A model generated the notes under the pieces. It saw nothing but the letters and a program-made list of their open reading frames with translations, was not told where the DNA came from and ran no database searches. A DNA stretch of 32,000 bases from Vibrio vulnificus CMCP6 (GTDB lineage: Bacteria; Pseudomonadota; Gammaproteobacteria; Enterobacterales; Vibrionaceae). This document shows positions 12,401 to 21,400 of the stretch, one piece after another; position 1 is the stretch's first letter; each line of letters opens with the position of its first letter. The stretch covers positions 510,001 to 542,000 of the forward strand of contig NC_004460.2 in NCBI RefSeq assembly GCF_000039765.1. Reading direction: 5' to 3'. The translations under genes were made by a program, and so were the position numbers.

Positions 12401-15400
12401 TCGCCATAGCGTTTAAAGTCTTTCTCTAGTCCTTTCAGCACTTCGCCCGCTTCTACCGCTGCTTGCTCTGCATTGAACAGACCGGAGACAATTTGATCCA
12501 CGTACTGCCCCATCAAGCGGTTGCTCGCTTCGTGGCCATAGAAGGTTTGTTCACCCGTGACGTTGTAGCCAGCAATCGCGAGTTTAGCTCGTAGCTTCTC
12601 GCCTTCTTCGCCTAAGCCTTCGTTGTCCGTTAGCAGCAGAATCGGCGTCTCTTTTGGCAAGCCTTTTAGGTTCTTCTCCACTGAGAACTGGCCGTTAACC
12701 GCTTTCGCGATAGCCCCCACAATGCCCGCAGGATTCGCCACTTCATGAGCGGTGATCGCTTTGGTCATGCTTGGCATAGGACGGTCAAGCAATAAGCCAG
12801 ACACCGCTTGGCCGTTTTGCGCGGCATAACGTGCTAAATCTGCGGCAATTGGACCACCCATTGAGTAGCCGTGAATGATGATATTGCTTGGGTCAATACC
12901 CTTGTCGTTCACTAGGTAGTTGAACATGGTGCGAGCGTCTTGGTACAAGCCTTTTTCGCTTGGTCCGCCGTCGCTTTCACCATAGCCACGCAGGTTGACT
13001 GCGAGCATGTCGATACCTTGTTTTTGGTAGTGGTTGCGAATCTCGCTCGCTTGCTCTTCAGCAGAAGAACCAGAACCGTGCAAGAACAACACGACTTTGC
13101 CGCTGGTCGCGCTTGTTTCACCTTCGCTTGAAACCGCTCCCTGATGGTAATACCCCGTTAGACGACCCGCTTCCCCTTTGAGGGTAACTTTCTGCGATTC
13201 TCCATTTTCTACCGCATGGTCAAGTAAGGTTTGCGTGATTTCGCCAATCTTACGACGTGCGTCTTTCTCACCATATAACTCATTGTTGAGGAATCGAGTC
13301 AGTGGGCTAAGAGATTCTTTATCGCGCGGTGGCGTGCCATCATTTTCAATCGCCACGTTTTCTTTGTGCTTCTCATTACCTGACAAGGCATCAAGGACAT
13401 CAGTGACTTGATGACTTTGCTTCTTCGCGGCAATTTCAAGCTGAGCTTCCTGCAGCGCCTGACCAAAGTTGAAAAGCTCTGTCGGCGTCCAAACACCAAA
13501 CTTAGGTCGCCATGTGTGGCCGATAAGTTTGTCAGCGCCACCCGCTTTCAAAACTTTTGCGACGGTACTTGAGCAGTTTTTGGTCAATAACTGATATCGA
13601 GCATCCGGATCGTTGCTTAGACGGTTCCATTCAGCTTGCATCGCCGCCACATCCAACCCTTCTAGGTTAATGCGGAACACTCGGCCTTCATCTGCTTGGC
13701 TGGCCTTAAAGGCTTCGATTTCTTCCAGCGCTCTTTCAGCAAACAGGCGAACCACGTTGTCGATGCGTTTTTCCACTAGGGCGGGATCACCACTTGCCTG
13801 AGCTTGTTTCTGTAGCTCTTCAGCAAAACGGTTTGCTACGTCCATCATGTCGTAGCTGGTGTCATTCCATTGGTCGACGAATGGCTGGAATACATGCGCA
13901 GGAATGCCTGTCGATGCAAGCATATCTGGATTGCCCAGTAGCACACTCGCATAGCCTTCAGAAGCATCTTTGTATGAAGCATCAATACCTTTCGCGGCGT
14001 TGAGTTTTTCGATAAAGCGTTTCAGCTTAGTTTCACCATCTTTCAAACCAAAGCCGTCGTTTTCTTCCGATGCCATATCGTGCTCAAGTGTGTCATTTTG
14101 ATGAGCAGGTTGGCTGAAATCGCTCCAACGTAGTTTAAGATCCGGCTGATCTTCTGTTGCAACGTTGAAGATATTGCGGATATTGGATGACTTGCTACCG
14201 AGTGGCCACCAACTCACGTAATTCTGCTTATTGAAGTCTGCTGCGGCTTGACCTTCAAGCTGCGTGCGACCTTGGCCAATTTGCAATGCGGCATGACCTA
14301 GTGCGCTGTGATCACTCGGCTTCCAGATGTACATGGTCGCGCTCACTGGCGACATGTGCTGTTCAATCGCTTGGTGTACTTTGTTTAAACCAGCAATATC
14401 AATGCCTTTACCATCTTTTGCCAGATCGTTTGCAGAAAGCCCTGCGAAGATCGTATCGGCAACGACTTGACCATACTCATGAGTTACGGCTGCTTTTACT
14501 TTTTCAAGTACAGCATCGCTACCACCTAGCTGATCGATAGTGGCTAGGTTGCCTTTGCCCTTAGTGACGAAATCGCCGTTTCCATCCAGATACAGATGTT
14601 TACTTTCTTTTAAGTTGGCATTATCAAGCTGGTCATATAGGCGGCTAAAGCTATCGTGCGCTTTGATGCTTTGCTCAGAGACCGCAAGAACAGAGACTTC
14701 TTCCAGACGAGAATTCACCTGATTTAACAGTGAGTTCATTGCTTCCACACGGCCAGAATCCGGATGCCCGAGTACATAACCTTCAATCTGTTTACGCAGG
14801 TTGAGCAGTTTTTCCACAGATTCTAGTTCGTAATCTGCGTGTTCAACCGTACTCGCATGATACTCCGTCAGGGCGTCGATCACTTGTTGGTAACTATCAC
14901 CGCGAACTTTACCGTTCACATGAGCAGCATCGAGTAGCTCAGTGACAGACATCAGTTCAACATTGGTGTTGTACGTCCAAGCACCGTCTTCTTTTTGCAC
15001 TATAATTCGCGTGCGGCCATCGTGATGCGAGAGCACCTTGTTATCCACTAAGAAAAGTTCATCTGGCATCTGCTCGAAGTTGTCGAAGTTTGCCAAGATA
15101 AAGCGCTCAATGGATTTTTGTTGAGCTGCATCTTCTGGGTTATCAAGCAGAATAGTCTTGCTCTTTCCATCGATTCCCGGCCATGAGCGAACTTCAAATC
15201 CTTCTTCGCCTTCTTGCACTAAGAGGTTGCGCTCAGTACGAAGTGAATAGAATGGTAGAGATTCACGCAACATGCTATCGATCGCACTTAGCTTCACATC
15301 CAACTCAACCAGCGTATCGGCTTTGTAACCATCTGGATTGTCGGCCAAAAGCTCAGCTTGTCTCTCGTGACTCAACGCATCAAAGCGTACTTTAACGGCA

Positions 15401-18400
15401 ACACCTGCATCGGTAAGTCGGCGTCCAATCTGGTCTGCTGGTAGATCTTTGTACTCGGATACTGGCTTATCAAGCAGTCGAATTTCACCGACTAACCCTT
15501 CACGCTGCAATTGGCGTAATGCAGGTAGCTCAACATTCCAGAAATAGTTGCCAAGACGCACACCACCTTCTGCGATGACATACACATCATTTTGTGCCCC
15601 CGTCGCATAGACCGAACTCCAAAAACCTGTATTGCTGAACGTTGCTGCATCAATTGACGATTTCAATTGATTTTGCTCGGCGTTATCTGGGTCAAGGAAC
15701 AGGCCACCCCAACGCATTAAATGCTTATTCAGGTCGATTGCAAATGCGTTGCCTTTAACATCGATGTCGTACACGACCTTTTTGCCATCAGTCTGGGCAT
15801 TGTCGAGAACGTCTCGGTATTGCTTGAAGTTTTTACCAGACCAGAAGGAAACAATGCTTTTCTCTGCGTGTGGCGCTTCAAAACTATAACCATAGCTCTC
15901 AAGCTTAGTGAGAAACTCAACGCGTTTGTCCCAGTCATAATCGAGCGTCGCTTCAACAAACAAAGTGGCTAATGCTTCCGCTTGATCTTTCGGTACTTGA
16001 TTGTCGGTGTGTTCGATGTAACCGCTCATAGATTGAATCATGCGCTGCTTGACTTCATCAGAGACATCAGCATCGACGCGTTCAAAGCCAGGGACAGGTA
16101 CATACTTGTCCGTCGCCACGTCATTATCAGTGTCTAGCCAGCGATAGAGATTCGCCACTTTTTCCGCGCGAGCAGCCACAAGCGATTCAGCAGAGTCATG
16201 CGAAGTTTCACCAAGCCCCTCTAAGTTCACCCCAGAAATGCGGATCTCTTTTCGGACCAAATCCTGAGACGCAGTGGTTGGCACCACAATGCTGTCGGAG
16301 TTTGTTTCGGTGAACATTGAGGTGATGGTGCTACCGCTGTTCTTTCCGCGAATACCTGCGTTAATTTGCAGACGGTTCACTGCGTTTGTCGCACCTTCCA
16401 GCGCTTCTTGCTCTTGTTCGCTTAGACCTTCACTGAATCGACCATCGGCGTTTGTTTGGCTGTCAGTGGTGACATGACTGCCCGTTTCGCCAGCACCTTC
16501 CACGCTATGAGCGTTACCTGAAAGACCGCTGCCAGCCACGCCTTCACGGTCAGGGCGATCGCCTTCGTTTTGCTTGGTCCCTTTGGCATCATTCTGCGCT
16601 TGGTTGGCTTTGTTTTCGGCATTCATCGTATCGCGATCACCACGCGATTGCGCGTCGTTTGCGGCGCTGTGTGCGTCAGATTCGGCCTGTTTCGCATCGT
16701 TACTTTTCGCCACAGCATCGGCTTTGCGTGTTTCTGCATCGGCTTTAGCTTCGGCAATGTCTTGCTCTGCACCTGCGCGATTTTGCTCACCTTTTGCCAC
16801 ACCCGCTTCAGATTTCGCAACGGATTCTTTGACTTTGCTGTTATTGTCAGACTGCGCCTGCTTCGCTGCAGCAATCTTGTCATTCGCGAGTTGCTTGGCA
16901 TCGTCGAGCTGGCTTTGAACGCCATCGAGCAGACCACCGGCAAAATCATTGCGCCATTGGTCGCCGGACTCGCCACTATGCGTTGCTTGGCCATCAAGCA
17001 CATCGAGACCTTGCGCCAGTTTTGTCAACTCGGCGGTCACGGCTTCCGACTCTTCTTTCACCGCATCACGTTGAGCTTGACCGTTATTTCCTAGCGCTTG
17101 TTGGTCGGTCGACTCCAACTGACTTTGTGACCCTGCGACAGCATCAAGCTGTTTCTGCTTTTCTTGTTCAAGACGTTGGCGATCCGCTTCTGCGCGCTCT
17201 TTATCTGATAGGGCATTCTGCGACGCTTGATTTTGTGTCGCGTGCTCACTCACTGCGTTGGCTTGTTGCGACGATTCCGATTTCGCCACGACATTATCTA
17301 GGATATAGCCCAGTCCATCATTGTGGCCTGTGCCTTTGAATTCGATTCGGTTACTGCCGGCATGCGCGGTCAGTTTTAAGGTTTTTTGCTGCCAAGCAGA
17401 GGCATCACCAGACGATGAGAAAACGACTTCGCCATTCCAAAGAACTTCAATGCCTTCGTTATTCGATAGACCTGCACGTTTCGCAAAATCAAAGCTCACA
17501 GCAATGACTTCACCTTCCGTAAGATCGGTCAGATCTTGATAGAGACTGGTGTTGGTGTAGGTATCCAGTTCCGTCACACGTGCGCCGTGGCCTTCACCGT
17601 TCACGCCATAGACATTGCCCGAATAGGAAGCTTCAACACCGTGTGTCGATTTCCAACCACGATCACCTTGCTCAAAATCACCATTCACAATGAGATTCGG
17701 GGCTTGAGTTTGATCAGCAGATCCGTCAACGTCGAGTGCATTTTGCATCTTGTTGAGATCTGGGGTATCTACCTTAGTAACACTGCCGGTTAGGCTATCG
17801 CCCAAGTCCGAGCCCACTTCTTCAATGGCTTCCATTTGGAAACCATCCAGCTTGGTGATTTCCGGTGTTGCAATCGCACCACGGCCTTTTTGCGTACCGG
17901 ATGACGATGCTTCATCACCTTGAACCAAGTAGTTGATTGCTTGGCTACCACCGACACCAAGTAGGGTTTGCTTGATATTATCAAACAGTGCTGAGAGCTT
18001 GTTGCTGCTGGTGTTGCTTGACGCAACAGCCAAACTGTAAAAATCGCCGTTACCAACTTTGATTGCAACGTTGTTTTGTGCGTAAGAGGCATTGATGTTG
18101 AGGCCATCGCCCACGTGAATATTGGCGTTAGCTTTGCCTTTCATCACGGCAACATTCAGGCCATCACCCACTTTCGTGTTGATGTTATATTTGCCCCAAG
18201 CGACGTTGACGGATACGCCATCACCGACTTTGGTATTGATGTTGGCATCACCATAGGCGGCTGTCACACTCAAGCCATCACCAACGGTGGTAGTGATATT
18301 GGCTTTGCCTTTTGCTGCCGTCACCTGCATACCATCACCCACTTTGGTGACGATGTTGCCTTTGCTCCAAAGTGCGTTAAAGCTGTCGCCATCCCCCACT

Positions 18401-21400
18401 TGGGTCACGATGTTGGCTTCACCTTTTGCCAGTACCACGTTACGGCCATTACCCACTTTAGTAATGACGTTCGCTTTACCCCAAGCTCCGGTGTAGTCGT
18501 CGCCATTGCCCACATGAGTAATGATGTTGGCTTTACCTTGCACCACGGAGACTTCTTGGCCATCACCTACTTTGGTGATGATATTGGCTTCACCTTTGGC
18601 AAAGTTATAGCGATCACCGTCGCCCACTTGGGTAAACACGTTTGCTTGCCCCCAAGCAACATTGACGCCCAAACCATCACCGACTTTGGTAATGATGTTT
18701 GCCTTGCCTTTGGCAATACCAATGGTCGTGCCATCTCCGACGTGGGTCATTACGTTGCCGATATCGGAAATCAACAACCCTACCGTGGTGCCTTCACCCA
18801 CTTTAGTTAGGATATTGCCTTTACCAGCCAACACAGCCGCGGTTGTTGCATCACCAACATGAGTCACAACGTTGGCTTTTGCTGCCGCCACAACACCCAT
18901 GAAATCATCACCCACTTTGGTGACAATATTGGCTTCGCCCAGTGCTAACACGCCCGTTAGACCATCGCCGACATGCGTCATGATGTTGGCTTTACCGAAC
19001 ATCGCCGCCAAGGTTGTGCCGTTACCGACCTTGGTCATCACGTTCACTTCGCCCGCGAATATTCCTAGGCTGGTTCCATCACCGACATGGGTGTAGATGT
19101 TGGCTTTACCGACCATCAGTGCCGCGGTGAGATCATTGCCCACTTTGGTCATGATGTTGGCTTGGCCGATCATTGCAGCAAACGTGCTGCCACTGCCTAC
19201 GTGAGTGAAGATATTGGCGTTACCAACCATTGCAGCGAGTGTGGTTCCATTACCCACTTTTGTCGCAACGTTGCCTTTGGCTAACATCAGTGCGACCGAC
19301 ATACCATCACCAATGTGAGTGAAGACGTTGGCTTCTGCCACCATTAACGCGAGAGCATCACCGTTGCCGACTTTGGTAAAGACGTTACCCAAACCGCCCA
19401 TCAGCGCCCAAGCATTCCCTTCGCCCACATGGGTAAAGATGTTGCCGGCACCAATCATGACCGCAATAGAGGTTCCATCACCCACTTTGGTGAAGATGTT
19501 ACCCGCTGCGCCCATCACGCCAAGAGTTTGGCCATCACCAACATGCGTTAGCACGTTGCCAACACCAAGCATTATGCCGGTCGTGTCGCCGTTACCTACT
19601 TTGGTGAGAATGTTCGCACCACCGACCATTACGCCAGTTGTTGTACCATCACCCACATGCGTCAGCACGTTTGCGCCACCGCCCATCACCGCAAGGGTAT
19701 TCCCTTTGCCTTTTTTGGTGAGAATGTTAGCACCGCCTAAGGCTACGGCTGTGGTATTCGAGGTTTCATTGTCGCCGCTAATGTGGGTAATCACGTTTGC
19801 GCCGCCCAACATACCTGCGGTTAGATCGCCGTCACCCACTTTGGTGAGCACGTTCGCGCCGCCAGCCAGTACCGATGCTACATCACCTTTACCCACTTGC
19901 GTCATCACGTTGAAGCCGCCCGCCGCCAACCACAAGCCGTTGCCGGAGCCAATTTGGGTATGGGTGTTGTAACCACCGAGCATAACGACACGGCTGTTGC
20001 CATTGCCTTTGTGCACGGAAATGTTGCCGTAAGCCAGCAAATGCGCAAGGTATTGACCATCGCCAATACGAACCAGTACGTTTACCGCACCGCCCGCGTA
20101 AACATCCATCTTGCCTTGCTTGCTTTGGTGTACCAACACGTTCGCCAAACCCGCGCCGCGGAAGGTGAGATCCCCTTCTTCGCCACTTTTGACAATCACG
20201 TTTGCCGCGCCACCACCGTTGAACTCGGTATGACCAAATTGCGAACTGTGGAGGATGACGTTAGCGATACCGCCACCATTAAAGTAGACATTGCCGCGAG
20301 TCACATTGGACTTGATGACGTTACCGCCACCCGCACCATTGAAGCGCACATCACCAGAGCTTTCACCGCTATCGGTCGCTGGCTTAAACAAGGTTTGATC
20401 GGTGTACTCGTCGATGTCGGCCACGGTTTCGCTGGTGCTTCTTACCGCGTTCACACTGTAATGCAGATCGCTGAGTGAGTAGCCGCCTTTGCCCATCGAG
20501 TGATATCCGTTTGCAGACGAAATATCTTCATTGGCTAGGTTTGCGGTGTGATTACCCTCTTTGTACCAAGAGCGAGCTTGATACTTAAGCGCCCCTGTTT
20601 TGGGATCATTAGCAAGTTCAACCACCACAATTTTTGTGTAAGGCCCAAGCACTTTTGCGTAAACATAAGTATTTGGTTTTCGGTTTGATTTCACCGCTTG
20701 AACATCGACTGTCGTCCCATCGGTCGAGATGGCGTGACCGCCCATTTTCGCCTCTGATAATGCCACATCTTTCGCATCAATCAGTGCGCCATTGGCGTAG
20801 GTCACCCACTCATATTCGGTCAGGTCCTTCTCGACAGCATGAACGGTTAACGATTGCTGATGCTCAACGGCAATATTAGAAAGGGTGTAACCACCATTGA
20901 TTGGATTGACTTCAAAACCACCAGCAGAAGAGACATCAGAACGAGCAAGCTCCGCTAAATGATTACCGCGCTTGAACCAAGCTTCAGAGTAGTATTTGAG
21001 TTTGCCCGTTTCTGGATCGTTATAGAGACGAACTTTGTTGATTTTGGTGTAAGTACCATCTGCGATAGCAAACAGATAAGTATTTGGCTCTCGCTCTGAT
21101 TTTACAGCGGTAACCGCATGGAACTTGTTGCCGTTATCAATCGATAAACCATGCATCTGCGCTGCGGTGAGAACAATGTCTTCCGCTTTCGCGTATTCCA
21201 TACCTTGAGCATCAAAGCTACTACCACTGCCTTTTCGTGTAATGGTGTTATAAGCACCGCCACCGGAGAAATGGATGTCACCGTGTGCCACATCGGAGTA
21301 AAGGCTGTTGTAACCACCGACACCTTCAAAGCGAATGTTACCGCGTGTTTGTGCGTAAACATCTTCCGCTTGGCGTGTACGCTCAATGCGGTTTGATGCC

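Noticed and set aside
16570-17094. Plus-strand ORFs of 174 and 114 aa antisense to rtxA
   Set aside because: They are opposite the Ala/Asp/Lys-rich linker and have compositionally biased translations with no recognisable domain.
18076-19972. Long plus-strand ORFs (18076..18810, 244 aa; 19319..19972, 217 aa; also 18662-19284) antisense to rtxA
   Set aside because: They lie opposite the 19-20 aa glycine-rich repeats, and their products are the same low-complexity motif repeated (SPTLVTMFA-type). Codon periodicity of the repeats keeps the antisense frame open; no independent coding evidence.
17950-20425. CRISPR-like or tandem DNA repeat array
   Set aside because: The units are degenerate 57-60 bp periodicities inside the rtxA reading frame with no conserved repeat/variable-spacer structure; they encode MARTX protein repeats.
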